IMG/VR virus record: IMGVR_UViG_3300043029_000195
Coordinates: 1-45,405 of that record
DNA: 45,405 bases
Origin: a virus
Lineage: Duplodnaviria; Caudoviricetes
Reading direction: 5' to 3' (one strand)
Positions 1-10,011 of this stretch are shown piece after piece. Position 1 is the first letter of the stretch. The number at the start of each line of letters is the position of its first letter. The notes below the pieces were generated by a model. It saw nothing but the letters and a program-made list of their open reading frames with translations, searched no databases and had not been told where the DNA came from. Both the position numbers and the translations under genes were made by a program.

Positions 1-162
1 GTGGGTGTAATATTTTAATTGATTTTCGAGTGAATTGATTCGCTTGTCACCGCTTTGTCTACTAAGCCTACAATAAGCAGCAACTCTTATCTTTTCACTT
101 TTTTTCTCAACTGTTTCTTCCTTCGCTGAGGGCCACAGCACTTCAACCGATTTTTTTGCCAC
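1..162 (-). CDS. Large serine recombinase, N-terminal part (truncated by window edge; not in ORF track)
   Basis: GTG at 162 with RBS AAAGGAG; manual translation MAKKSVEVLWPSAKEETVEKKSEKIRVAAYCRLSRQSGDKRINSLENQLKYYTH contains the resolvase catalytic motif Y-x-R-x-S and resembles RVASYCRVS...NSLDNQIVHYT of 2003..3631. Confidence 0.9.
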   Translation of the reverse strand, partial: MAKKSVEVLWPSAKEETVEKKSEKIRVAAYCRLSRQSGDKRINSLENQLKYYTH

Positions 163-209
163 AATAAAAACTCCTTTCTCTAGAGCTAACCTACCAATTT
201 GCAGGTATG

Positions 210-242
210 TTATTAATGGCTCTAGTCCAAAGATAATGCAAG
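210..242 (-). promoter_or_regulatory. Degenerate copy of the 33-bp repeated promoter-like motif, upstream of the third recombinase
   Basis: CTTGCATTATCTTTGGACTAGAGCCATTAATAA; same length and anchors (CTTG...AGAG..AT.AT) as the five other copies. Confidence 0.55.
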
Positions 243-317
243 TACTATCTCTGGAATGAAAGAAGTTCTGGATTTAATTACTGCTATTGGGTTTAATATT
301 TTTTAGTCTGAATTTTT

Positions 318-2003
318 CTACTCAGCTTTTTTGCTCCTCTGTGGACTTCTTCTTGCATTTACTTCATATGAAACGCCGCATTTTAGTTGAAACTCTACTC
401 GCCATTTATCGTAGACGATTCCCTTCTCTATGACTTTGGTTAAAATGTCTGGATCAAAGTCTGCTTCAGGTCCTTCTATTTTTTCCAGGGTTTCAATTAG
501 AATTTCAAGATTTTCCTCAAGGTACTCACTCTCTTTTTTATTCTCATTAAGCCCATCGTACTCCATTTGGAGTATTTCTTGTTCGTATATCAAGTGTCGC
601 ATGGTCGCTTCATAAATGGTCTCATTTGAGCTTGTTGATCTGGCAGCCAATTCAGTAATCTTATCTGTAATCCTATCAATTTGGGTGCCAAGCTCATTAA
701 GCCTTCGTACTTCCTCTTCTGTTAATGAGGCATCTTCGATGGCCAGCTCAACTTCGTCAACTAACTTCCCCTGGTCTTTTTTGATATCAAAGAGAAGCTT
801 CATAAAAGCTTTTTCTAGTTCTTCCTCCCAAACATAACTGCAGCTACAGTCTTTATAATTAGGATCTCGTTTTGAAGCCACTCTACAATGCCAGGCCGTG
901 AATTTCCTTGGGGTTCTATCTTCTCCGTAATAGGTTGTTAATCTTCTTCTGGTGACTGGTCTTCCGCACTCCCCACAAAAGAGTTTGTTTGAAAAAGGTG
1001 CGGCTCCACTGTAAGCCATGTTGTATTTATTGTCTGGATCCCTAAACATCTTACTACGTCTATTCAGCTCTTCTTGTACCTTTTCCCAATCTTCCTCGCT
1101 GATAATCGCTGGATGGTGATTTCTAATATAGTACTGCGGCTGATGCTCTTTATTTCTCACTCGCTCATGGGTCAGAAAATCCACCGTCACGGTCTTCTGT
1201 GCTAGACAATCGCCTTTGTATTTTTCATTTCGAAGAATTTTGTACACGGAGTCTGAAGTCCAAGTCTTCTTATTTCTTGCAGTTCTAATCCCATCTTTCA
1301 TTAGCCCCTTGGCAATTGTAGGTGTTCCTTTCCCTTCAAGGAGTTCTCGATATATTCGCCTTACCACTTCAGCCTGCTTTTTATCGATGATGATGTTTCC
1401 GTCTTCATCTTCGGTATAGCCTAGAAAGTAGGTCGTAGGGACATGCGCTTTGCCCTGTTGGAACCTTTTCTGAACACCCCATTTTGTGTTTTCCGAGATG
1501 GACCGCGACTCTTCCTGAGCCATGGATGATAAAATCGTGAGGAACAATTCACTTTTACTATCTAGTGTATCGAGGTTTTCTTTTTGAAAGTAAATACCGA
1601 TCCCCAGGCTCTTCAGCATTCTGATGTAGTGGAGGCAGTCTAGGGTGTTTCTCGCAAATCTACTGATGGATTTGGTGATGATATAATCGATTTCTTTGTT
1701 CTGACATCTTTCGATCATCCGGTTAAACTCAACTCGATTCTTGGTAGAGGTTCCTGATAAACCTTCGTCTGCAAAAATCTCTACAAGCTCCCAGTTGGGG
1801 TTTTTCTCTACATACTCTTTAAAGTAGGATACCTGGATATCATAGCTCGTAGCCTGCATGGCTGAATCTGTTGAGACCCGGACGTAAACTCCAATCTTCT
1901 TCTTTTGCCCATCAAAATTCTCTTCATTCCTTGAAGTCCTTGTCCGAGCCGGAATGATGCTGACTCTAGATGTTGGCAACCTTCGTACTTGTTCTGTATT
2001 CAT
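318..2003 (-). CDS. Large serine recombinase (resolvase, recombinase and Zn-ribbon domains)
   Basis: VYVRVST catalytic motif, KSISRFARN, ILRNEKYKG, CGECG...C Zn ribbon, coiled coil. Confidence 0.95.
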   Translation of the reverse strand: MNTEQVRRLPTSRVSIIPARTRTSRNEENFDGQKKKIGVYVRVSTDSAMQATSYDIQVSYFKEYVEKNPNWELVEIFADEGLSGTSTKNRVEFNRMIERCQNKEIDYIITKSISRFARNTLDCLHYIRMLKSLGIGIYFQKENLDTLDSKSELFLTILSSMAQEESRSISENTKWGVQKRFQQGKAHVPTTYFLGYTEDEDGNIIIDKKQAEVVRRIYRELLEGKGTPTIAKGLMKDGIRTARNKKTWTSDSVYKILRNEKYKGDCLAQKTVTVDFLTHERVRNKEHQPQYYIRNHHPAIISEEDWEKVQEELNRRSKMFRDPDNKYNMAYSGAAPFSNKLFCGECGRPVTRRRLTTYYGEDRTPRKFTAWHCRVASKRDPNYKDCSCSYVWEEELEKAFMKLLFDIKKDQGKLVDEVELAIEDASLTEEEVRRLNELGTQIDRITDKITELAARSTSSNETIYEATMRHLIYEQEILQMEYDGLNENKKESEYLEENLEILIETLEKIEGPEADFDPDILTKVIEKGIVYDKWRVEFQLKCGVSYEVNARRSPQRSKKAE

Positions 2004-3631
2004 TAAGCATCTCCTCCTTCGTCAAGGCTGATTTCTGTTTCCTCCCCGGTCACCCATATGATTTTCAATAAAAAAGATGACTCCGCTACTACGCGTGTCA
2101 TCCATGCCCTTAAAAATTTTGTACTATCTAATTTTTTGTAAAGCTCATTGATAGGATTAGTGGATTGTTTTATTTTACCTAGTTCGGCTATGGCTTCTTT
2201 TCTATATCGATCATCTGAATCAACCATCGCCCACCAAGGCTCTCTTTCAGAGATTGTTTTTTCGATGGCCATTCTCTTCTTTTCCAGTTCAGCTTCATCT
2301 TTATTTTCAATGACTGCCATGCTTTCTGCAAAAAGGGCTTTTTCAAGTTCAAGGCGTAATCTATTCTGCTCTCCATCTCTCAGCACTTCTGTGTTAAGAA
2401 GGTTCTTCTCAAGTTGAATAATTTGTCTTTTAGCAGGAGACTTGGGATCAATCTCAAACTTTTCTATAAAGGCTCTTTTAAGTACTTCGAGTATCATTTC
2501 ATCCTTAATCCCATCCATTTTACAAAGTCTAGTGCTTTTCCTACGGTTGCTGCATCGCCATGTGACATAACCTCTGGTTTGGTAGCGGTGAAAGTTAGCA
2601 CCACACTGTCCGCAGACTATTCTTCCGGTAAAATCGTAGCGTTTATTCGGCCCACGCTTAACTCCCTTAGTTTTTGGCTTAAGCATCTGCTGGACTTTAT
2701 CAAATGTATCTCTGTCGATAATACCTTCGTGATGATCCTGGATGTAGTACTTTGTTTTCTGCCCGTCATTTATTACCTGCTTATGCGTTAGGTAGTCTTC
2801 TGTAAATGTCTTCTGGCAAATGACATCACCTACATAACGCTCATTTCTAAGGATTGATGTAATGGCAACATTGGTCCAGTCGTTTCTCCCGTTTGCCTTC
2901 ACATAACCATTTCTGATGAAGTGATTTGCGATCTCGGTTGGGGTTCTGCCTTCTAAATACTGTCTGAAAATCTCACGTACCGCAGACGCTTCCTTCTGAT
3001 CAATCACCCAAGGTTTACCCTTTACCTTTTTATATCCAAGAATCCTGACAAACCTACCTTCTCCTTGCTCGAAGCGTTTTGATGTGGCCCAGGTGATATT
3101 TTCAGATGTGCTTCGACTCTCTTCTTGAGCTGTTGCAGCCAGCATCGTAAGGATGAATTCACTCTGCATATCTCCCGTATAAAGATTCTCCTTTTCAAAG
3201 AGGACGTAAATTTTCTTCTCCCTTAACTCTCTAATCACTTTCAACGTATCCATAACGTTTCGCGCAAATCTTGAGATTGATTTACAAAGAATCAAGTCGA
3301 TCTTTCCTGCCTTGGCATAGCGGATCAATTTATTGAATCCATGTCTGCTTTCCATTTTTGTTCCGGATTTACCAAGGTCTGAAAAGACACCGGCGAACTG
3401 CCACTCAGGGTTTGAACGGATGTAGTTGGTATAGTGAACGATTTGATTGTCCAGAGAATTCATTTGAAGCTCTTCTTCTGTGCTGACTCTGCAGTATGAA
3501 GCAACCCTTAATCTGTGGCCATCGGTCGCTAAGTTTCCTATGCTAAACTCACTAGGACGATTTTTAGGTGTTCCGTATCTAAAGATTCCATCGCTCATGT
3601 CTAATGTACTTCCTGATATGGTTCTCTCCAT
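2003..3631 (-). CDS. Large serine recombinase
   Basis: ASYCRVST, KSISRFARN, ILRNERYVG, CGQCG...C; its stop overlaps the next start codon. Confidence 0.95.
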   Translation of the reverse strand: MERTISGSTLDMSDGIFRYGTPKNRPSEFSIGNLATDGHRLRVASYCRVSTEEELQMNSLDNQIVHYTNYIRSNPEWQFAGVFSDLGKSGTKMESRHGFNKLIRYAKAGKIDLILCKSISRFARNVMDTLKVIRELREKKIYVLFEKENLYTGDMQSEFILTMLAATAQEESRSTSENITWATSKRFEQGEGRFVRILGYKKVKGKPWVIDQKEASAVREIFRQYLEGRTPTEIANHFIRNGYVKANGRNDWTNVAITSILRNERYVGDVICQKTFTEDYLTHKQVINDGQKTKYYIQDHHEGIIDRDTFDKVQQMLKPKTKGVKRGPNKRYDFTGRIVCGQCGANFHRYQTRGYVTWRCSNRRKSTRLCKMDGIKDEMILEVLKRAFIEKFEIDPKSPAKRQIIQLEKNLLNTEVLRDGEQNRLRLELEKALFAESMAVIENKDEAELEKKRMAIEKTISEREPWWAMVDSDDRYRKEAIAELGKIKQSTNPINELYKKLDSTKFLRAWMTRVVAESSFLLKIIWVTGEETEISLDEGGDA

Positions 3632-3757
3632 GTTTTTTCCTCCTTTCGATTAGTAAGCCATCCTACAAAATTATTTTTAATGGCCATCCAAACGCCTGAT
3701 TAAAACATAAACCCCTGAAACGCGCGTAATTCAAGGCTTCAGGGTATCGGCGTCATA

Positions 3758-3790
3758 GTATATATCACTTATAATTAGGTATTTATCAAG
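3758..3790 (-). promoter_or_regulatory. 33-bp repeated promoter-like motif upstream of the recombinase pair
   Basis: CTTGATAAATACCTAATTATAAGTGATATATAC. Confidence 0.65.
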
Positions 3791-3814
3791 TCATTTCTAC
3801 TATATATAGGAATG

Positions 3815-3848
3815 AAAATAAGCCGATGCTATAGAGATAACACCGGCT
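3815..3848 (-). terminator. Probable intrinsic terminator after the endolysin
   Basis: AGCCGGTGTTAT...ATAGCATCGGCT hairpin followed by TATTTT. Confidence 0.65.
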
Positions 3849-3869
3849 ACAATTTTTGCGATTTTTCTT

Positions 3870-4850
3870 CTAATCGTATTTCATGTAGGCATCAAATCCT
3901 GCCTTCTTTAAGCGGGACATGAGGGCTTCTGCATTCTTCTTTTCGCTGAAGGCACCCACTTGCACCCGGTAATATTTTTTACCGGATTCCTTCTCCGGTT
4001 CGACCTCCACACCAGCACTGACCATCTCAAGATTGTCTTTATCAATCCATGTCATAATGCCAGCCTTCTCATCCATGGTGCTTTTCAGAATGGTTTTACC
4101 AAGCAGAACACATTCCTTGCCGCCTTTGATCACAGATTTTCCATTAAACACATCCTGGGTGATCAAATGATAATTCCACTTCACCCAGTTTGGAATGATA
4201 GGACCGCCGGGATAATAGGTTCTGGCAGACGCTTTGATTTCAACGATATCACCAGCTTCAAAGACTTCTTTGGCTTCGCCTACATTCTCCAGTGCCTTCT
4301 TTACTGCAGCTCTAAAGGTGTCCATATTCTCCCCATGCTTTGGAAACCAATGGCCCACATCGGAGTGGTTTGATGCGATTCCCTTCTTATTTCCTTCCGC
4401 ATGGCTGATGATATCTTTTTCTGTCAGACCGTACTCTCTACAAAGGTAGACACAAAGGTTCACTGCATTCTGCCAAGCCGCTCTAAAGTAGGCTTCATTT
4501 TTCTTCACATCATAGCCTACCATCTGGTTCTTAGAATAAGAAAACCCACCCGGCTCGCATATCTCAAAACCGATGTGGGTATCATTTGCTTTGCCGCCTG
4601 CATGCCAGCCTCTGTGATTCCAAGGTAGGTATTGCCAGATTTCTTTATTATCCAAGAAGGCATGGACGCAGACCTGACGATTGATTTCACCAGACTTGTA
4701 GGATTTGTTCCATCTGCTGAACCAATCTGCGGCCATCACGCCTGGTGTGGCGGTGGAATGAACCATGATGCCTTTAGGTGTAATCTTTCTTCCAGCTGTA
4801 TAGCAATCATTTCTGGTCATGTACTTTGTCTTTAAATTACTTAGTGCCAT
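3870..4850 (-). CDS. Endolysin: N-acetylmuramoyl-L-alanine amidase with C-terminal SPOR domain
   Basis: IMVHSTA, GWHAG, IGFEICE, SH..D amidase_2 motifs; YRVQVGAFS..NAE SPOR motif; start MALSNL chosen from RBS GGAGG. Confidence 0.92.
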   Translation of the reverse strand: MALSNLKTKYMTRNDCYTAGRKITPKGIMVHSTATPGVMAADWFSRWNKSYKSGEINRQVCVHAFLDNKEIWQYLPWNHRGWHAGGKANDTHIGFEICEPGGFSYSKNQMVGYDVKKNEAYFRAAWQNAVNLCVYLCREYGLTEKDIISHAEGNKKGIASNHSDVGHWFPKHGENMDTFRAAVKKALENVGEAKEVFEAGDIVEIKASARTYYPGGPIIPNWVKWNYHLITQDVFNGKSVIKGGKECVLLGKTILKSTMDEKAGIMTWIDKDNLEMVSAGVEVEPEKESGKKYYRVQVGAFSEKKNAEALMSRLKKAGFDAYMKYD

Positions 4851-5253
4851 CCTTATCGCCTCCATCTTTTAGCTGCTCTAGGATGTCTTTGAGCTTCTCT
4901 GGAATTGGTAATCCCAGTCTTGTGGCATTTTCAATAATGCTAATTCCCTCATTGGATAGATAAAAGAAAATCACTGCGGTTCTAATGGCACTGCCATCTC
5001 CTATAATGTTCTGATCAATGATGTGTGCCACACCCACCAGGGAAAAAATCACTACTTTCTTGAAAATCCCCCTAGCACCTACATCACTGGATAAGTGCTT
5101 TTCTAGCACTGCACACATAACTCCAAGTAAATAGTCGATCACCACAAAGGCAATCAAAGCATACAAAAACCCATCGTAACCTCCCAAAAAGTAGCCCAAC
5201 CATCCACCCACAGCTGCAAATATCATCTGAACAATGTTCCAAATATCTCTCAT
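4837..5253 (-). CDS. Phage holin (toxin secretion/phage lysis holin type)
   Basis: Hydrophobic helices, NEGISIIENA..LGLPIP motif, directly upstream of the endolysin. Confidence 0.92.
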   Translation of the reverse strand: MRDIWNIVQMIFAAVGGWLGYFLGGYDGFLYALIAFVVIDYLLGVMCAVLEKHLSSDVGARGIFKKVVIFSLVGVAHIIDQNIIGDGSAIRTAVIFFYLSNEGISIIENATRLGLPIPEKLKDILEQLKDGGDKDGTK

Positions 5254-5287
5254 TGTTTTTCCCTCACTTTCGTAAATTTGTGTATAT

Positions 5288-5312
5288 AAAAAGACGCCCG
5301 GTGAAGGACGTC
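5288..5312 (-). terminator. Terminator-like hairpin before the holin
   Basis: GACGTCC-TTCACC-GGGCGTC followed by TTTTT. Confidence 0.6.
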
Positions 5313-5322
5313 ATGGTTTTCA

Positions 5323-6396
5323 TTAGTACGGTGCATAATACACATAGCCACTGGCCTTTGCATAAAACCCATCTCCTGGAATGTAGATAGCACCATCAAA
5401 GGTATCATACTGGCTTGTTGTGAAACCTGGCTGTTCAACCCCCTCCCAATAAAGTCCATCATTGGAGACGCAGAGCATACTCTCTTTAAGAAGGGCAAAC
5501 TTCCCCCAGTCCTCCATCCAGATGATGTTCCTTGGATTTGGGATATTGTTGTTGGCCAGATCTCCTACCCATGAAAGATTCGTCTCAGTAATCTGGGTGG
5601 CATCGTCACTCATCACGCAGAGCTTTACATAGTAGGTATAATCTCCGCCCACATTGGTGTAGTTGAACTTCATCACAAAGAGGACGTCATTGATAGAGCG
5701 TATAAACATATACCGTGTGTCGTTCACATCCTCAGGTATTGTTGTGGTCCAAAGACCAGGACTGGCTGAACTAGCTATTGCGATGGATTTATCACCACCA
5801 ACAACACCAACAAAGTTTCCTTTATGGGTGGTCAGGTATTTAAATATCGGTACTGAAGTTCCGTCAGATCCAACCAAGGTCCATGCAGTTCTTTCCTCTA
5901 AAGAATCAAAGCTATAATAAACTGGTGATTTATAATACCACCAACTGACAATACCAGAGCCTCTGACCATATCATAAGCACCACAGGTCATAGCGTTATA
6001 GGCGCCAGGGCAATAACCCGCATTATGCCAAGTGATACCGTCAAAGGAAGCGATAACATTGGCAAGGCCGACTATTTTAGCAATAAACACACCATTTGCC
6101 GCATAAAGAATCTCAGGCTGGCCATGACTCCACCAAGGAACGCTGACAACCGTCCACTGCTTGGTAGTCTTGTTCCAATAGGACATGTAGGGAGCCTTGG
6201 CGTAATAAACTGCAATCTGCGCGTTGCCATTATCATAGACGTTAATCTGCTTCTCACTGCCATATTGGGTGTAGCCAAAGTTGTTATAATATTTCTTGGT
6301 CCAGCTGAGTGTTGGAATGGTGAAGAGAACCTCACCCCTGCCACCAAAGGCTGTCCAGATGGCCAAGGTATTATTAAAAATATGATCATAGCTCAT
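5323..6396 (-). CDS. Putative receptor-binding/tail tip protein, beta-propeller-like
   Basis: Last tail gene; W/Y/T-rich; Asp-box-like motifs ASFDGITW and VSNDGLYW. Confidence 0.6.
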   Translation of the reverse strand: MSYDHIFNNTLAIWTAFGGRGEVLFTIPTLSWTKKYYNNFGYTQYGSEKQINVYDNGNAQIAVYYAKAPYMSYWNKTTKQWTVVSVPWWSHGQPEILYAANGVFIAKIVGLANVIASFDGITWHNAGYCPGAYNAMTCGAYDMVRGSGIVSWWYYKSPVYYSFDSLEERTAWTLVGSDGTSVPIFKYLTTHKGNFVGVVGGDKSIAIASSASPGLWTTTIPEDVNDTRYMFIRSINDVLFVMKFNYTNVGGDYTYYVKLCVMSDDATQITETNLSWVGDLANNNIPNPRNIIWMEDWGKFALLKESMLCVSNDGLYWEGVEQPGFTTSQYDTFDGAIYIPGDGFYAKASGYVYYAPY

Positions 6397-6411
6397 GGAA
6401 TCAGCCCTCCT

Positions 6412-7539
6412 TTATACTTTAGTAACGCTGGTGATTCGTCCACCGCTATCCATGGTGTAGTTGTATGTCGCTGTTGTTCCGTCTGCATATTCGATATAAA
6501 AACTCATCATATCCACCGTTAAAGTGGAGACTTCCTTTAAGAGAAGCTCCGAGAAAATGTTATCCAGGGTGATGCTTGTGATCCTTCCGCCACTATCGGT
6601 GGTGTATTGATACTGGGCATGATATTGATGGGTATCTCCCTTCTCAACGGTATAGGTCACGTCAATGGTGGTCTCTGTCACCACCAGATTGGAAACGATG
6701 GTATAGGACACCCCCAGGTCGTTCACCTGTGTTTGAATGTCATCCACTGAGCTTCCCACATTATTTAATGAGCTTTCAATCCGGTAAAAGGTATCTGAAA
6801 TGCTCGGTCTATACCGGCCTACTTCCACTCGGATGTTGTACCGGTAGAATGGATTATATTCTAGGGAGATGATTCTCGTCTTCACGTTGATTCCTAGGGG
6901 ATTAAACACTATCTGTACATTATCTCCCACAGCAAGGTTCAAAAGCTTAAAGAATGAGATGTCATAGGAGGATGCATTCTCTCTAGAATCATGAGATACC
7001 GCCACGTTAGTGACATTCTTTGAATCCATCACCGGGATATAATCAGTGCTTCCCCTATGGCTTCGGATGTTGATGTTGTAACCATCGTACTCAATCTCGC
7101 CACCAAGGATGGCAATGTACTGCATAAGGGCTGCCCTTCTTGATACTTCCTGGTTAATCTTCATGGTGACACTCTCTGTGAAATCTACAATGCCTGCATT
7201 GAAAGGTGTTCCAGCTAAAACTTGAGAAAGTCCTGCAGCCGGATCTCCAGTGAAGTCAAACTCCGTAATGTTATACATCTCATGGTTCAGGATATAAGAG
7301 ACGTGCTCGCAGATCACTGAGCAGATAGGAAGGCTGCCCTGAAGACTCTTTGATATCTGTACTATTTCAAAATACTGATCATCCAGCTTGGCGATCTGTT
7401 TTACCTTAAGTGCCAGCGCTGACTTTGCAAGCACCGTGAATGAAAGGGTGTACTCCCCTTCCAAGGTTTCTCTGACATTAGCACTCATCACTTTTTTGAT
7501 GCTTTGTAGTAAAGTACTTCCTGCATAGATTTCAATCAA
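6412..7539 (-). CDS. Phage tail protein (prophage endopeptidase/Tal-like) with a duplicated C-terminal motif
   Basis: Follows tape measure; ETLEGEYTLSF...CEHVSY..GGEIEYDG..GDNV..RII pattern; YxYTxDSGGRITSxT occurs twice. Confidence 0.75.
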   Translation of the reverse strand: MIEIYAGSTLLQSIKKVMSANVRETLEGEYTLSFTVLAKSALALKVKQIAKLDDQYFEIVQISKSLQGSLPICSVICEHVSYILNHEMYNITEFDFTGDPAAGLSQVLAGTPFNAGIVDFTESVTMKINQEVSRRAALMQYIAILGGEIEYDGYNINIRSHRGSTDYIPVMDSKNVTNVAVSHDSRENASSYDISFFKLLNLAVGDNVQIVFNPLGINVKTRIISLEYNPFYRYNIRVEVGRYRPSISDTFYRIESSLNNVGSSVDDIQTQVNDLGVSYTIVSNLVVTETTIDVTYTVEKGDTHQYHAQYQYTTDSGGRITSITLDNIFSELLLKEVSTLTVDMMSFYIEYADGTTATYNYTMDSGGRITSVTKV

Positions 7540-9833
7540 GGCTCATCCCTCCTCTCCGTTTTATGATCCAGCACTCCGAGATTTCTAACGGTGACCGTAT
7601 TTTGATTCCACTGTAGCTGTGCAATGACACGGGTTAATATATTGCCGTCGATGGTAAGTGGGATAGTCACATCAAAGACTGCACCTTCAGACCCACCCAA
7701 ACTTCCAGAAACTTGTGAGTTCAGATCCAAATCAAAGTCTGTAGGGATAGCTCCCTGAATGTCTTTTTCAACCCCGCTCATGGCCTCAGTGAAACCTTCT
7801 CCGATACCTTCACTCATATTCGCACCAATCCCTGCGAACACCTTAGAAGGGGAGCGAATCCCAAGAACGCCTTTGACCCCTTTGACAATGCCGCTGACCA
7901 TGCTGTCGACTTTTCCTTTAAGCCACCCTATCATGGATGAAATACCATCCCATAGACCTCTTGCAATATTTCGTCCCACATCCATCATGGATGGGATAGC
8001 CCTCCCTAGGCCTGTCACGATGGCAGTGATTATTTGCGGGAGCTGACCGACAAGCTGGGGAATGGCTCTGATCAGTCCTGCTGCCAGTTGGATGGTCAGC
8101 TGAATGCCCATCTCAATAATCTTAGGTAGATTATTTGTGATGAAGGTAATAATGCTATTAATGATTTGAGGCAGGGCATCTATTAGTTTTGGTAATGAAT
8201 TGATCAGGCCTTGGGCCAATCCACTGATGATCTGAAAGGCTGCATCCAGTACCAAATCCAGATTATTGATCAGCGTCTGGGCAATAAGAATAACTGCTTC
8301 AACAATGGAGGGAACCAGCTCTGGCAACGCTTCACCAAGTCCCGTGGCAAGGGTCACAATCATCACAAGAGCTGCTTCTACAAGTGCTGGTAGATTGGCG
8401 ATAATGCCATCAACTAAAGTCAGCACCAGTTGAAGTGCCCCATCTGTAATCTGTGGTAGGGCTTCGATGAGTCCACCCACAATAGTCATGATAATATTTG
8501 TGGCGGCTTCAATAAGAGTTGGCAGGTTATCCAAAATTCCATTTACAAGAGCAAGAACTAAATCGGGTGCCACCTCAGCAATGGCAGCTATTAGTCCAGT
8601 CACCACATCTAAAATCTGCGGAAGGATGACTGCAATCTGATCTACTGTTTGTCTGGCCCCTTCTTTTAGCTGTTCTGCGGCTCCCTCTTGGCCGGTGATT
8701 AGTCCTGTAAGGCCATCTAACACCATGGTGAAACCAGGAAGGAGCTGCGAGGTGATGTTGTTTTTCACCCCTGCAAATGAGCGCGTGAGATTATCCATAG
8801 CATCGGTGTAATTAACAGCCGCATCTATAGATTCATCACTCATCACCAGGCCCAGTTCACTGGCTTTATTCTTTAGAGCATCAGTGCTTTCTGCCGTTTG
8901 ATTTAAGAGCGCTCCAAGTTCAACAGAAGATGTCCCAAGAAGGTCATTAGCAATAGCGGCTTTTTCACCTTCATCAGCGATTCCTTGAAGTCCTTTAACA
9001 GTCATCTCAAAGACTTCTTCACGTGATTTCCCTTGAAGGTCCTCCATGGAAATGCCCAGTCTTTTAAACTTATCAGTAGCAGAAGCACTCCCATTGATAG
9101 CATCATCCACAGTGTTATTAAGCTTTTTCATACCGTTTTCTAAAGATGAAATGCTGGCCCCATTTTGAGAAAGTACATACTCCCATTCCTGATAGCCTTG
9201 TCTCGAAAGGCCCAGTCGTTGACTGGCTTTATCCACTTCATCTCCGGCAGCGGCTGCATCATTTGCCATGTCATATAATTTCTTTCCTGCGCCGACTGCC
9301 GCAGTACCTATGGCTGCCATGGCCACACCAATACCGGCGGCTACACCTTTCATAACAGATCCTAGTTTTTCAAACTTTCCACCGGAATCATCTGCTACTT
9401 TAGCTGACTCTTTAATCTCATCTCCAAACTTGTCAGCTTCTTTACCGGCATCACCAAATCCATCACTTGCCTCATCAAGAGCTTTATTGTTTTCATCCAG
9501 CTCCCGCTCCATCTTATTAAGATCTGCATTGGCGTTGTTCAGCTGAATCAGCCATGCCTTGGTTCTCTTATCATTCTCACCAAAGGATTCGGCGGCATTC
9601 TTAAGGGCAGATTCCAGGGTGCCGATTTTGTTTTTCTGGGCATCAATCTCTTTATTTAAGACTTCATTTCTTGCCGTCACTGCCTGTAGGGATTTATCCT
9701 GTTTGTCGAACTGGGAAGTGACCAGTTTCATCTCAGAGCCTAGCACTTTGAAATCTCTGTTGATTTCCCGAAGTGCGTTCTTGAACTCCTTTTCCCCTTC
9801 GACGCCAATCTTCAGTCCAAAATTGTCTGCCAT
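7536..9833 (-). CDS. Tail tape measure protein
   Basis: GEKEFKNAL N-terminus, Ala/Gly/Leu-rich amphipathic repeats, LGIRSPSKVF motif, position. Confidence 0.93.
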   Translation of the reverse strand: MADNFGLKIGVEGEKEFKNALREINRDFKVLGSEMKLVTSQFDKQDKSLQAVTARNEVLNKEIDAQKNKIGTLESALKNAAESFGENDKRTKAWLIQLNNANADLNKMERELDENNKALDEASDGFGDAGKEADKFGDEIKESAKVADDSGGKFEKLGSVMKGVAAGIGVAMAAIGTAAVGAGKKLYDMANDAAAAGDEVDKASQRLGLSRQGYQEWEYVLSQNGASISSLENGMKKLNNTVDDAINGSASATDKFKRLGISMEDLQGKSREEVFEMTVKGLQGIADEGEKAAIANDLLGTSSVELGALLNQTAESTDALKNKASELGLVMSDESIDAAVNYTDAMDNLTRSFAGVKNNITSQLLPGFTMVLDGLTGLITGQEGAAEQLKEGARQTVDQIAVILPQILDVVTGLIAAIAEVAPDLVLALVNGILDNLPTLIEAATNIIMTIVGGLIEALPQITDGALQLVLTLVDGIIANLPALVEAALVMIVTLATGLGEALPELVPSIVEAVILIAQTLINNLDLVLDAAFQIISGLAQGLINSLPKLIDALPQIINSIITFITNNLPKIIEMGIQLTIQLAAGLIRAIPQLVGQLPQIITAIVTGLGRAIPSMMDVGRNIARGLWDGISSMIGWLKGKVDSMVSGIVKGVKGVLGIRSPSKVFAGIGANMSEGIGEGFTEAMSGVEKDIQGAIPTDFDLDLNSQVSGSLGGSEGAVFDVTIPLTIDGNILTRVIAQLQWNQNTVTVRNLGVLDHKTERRDEP

Positions 9834-9862
9834 ATTGCCTCACCTCCTCCTCATTAGACATG

Positions 9863-9887
9863 AAAAAAGACACCATATTTCGGTGTC
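9863..9887 (-). terminator. Terminator-like hairpin directly upstream of the tape measure gene
   Basis: GACACC-GAAATAT-GGTGTC-TTTTTT. Confidence 0.65.
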
Positions 9888-10011
9888 AGCGTAATTTAAC
9901 TTTTTGATTTTTAATGTAACAGTCACATCGTTGCATTTAAAGTTCTCGGTGTTATATTGGTTTGTCATTTCCGTTCGTATATTTACCATCATATACGCAC
10001 AAAAAGGACAC

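Noticed and set aside
6421-6612. Duplicated DSGGRITS segment in the tail gene as a DGR template/variable repeat pair
   Set aside because: Both copies are in frame in one gene, differences are not adenine-specific, and there is no reverse transcriptase in the window.
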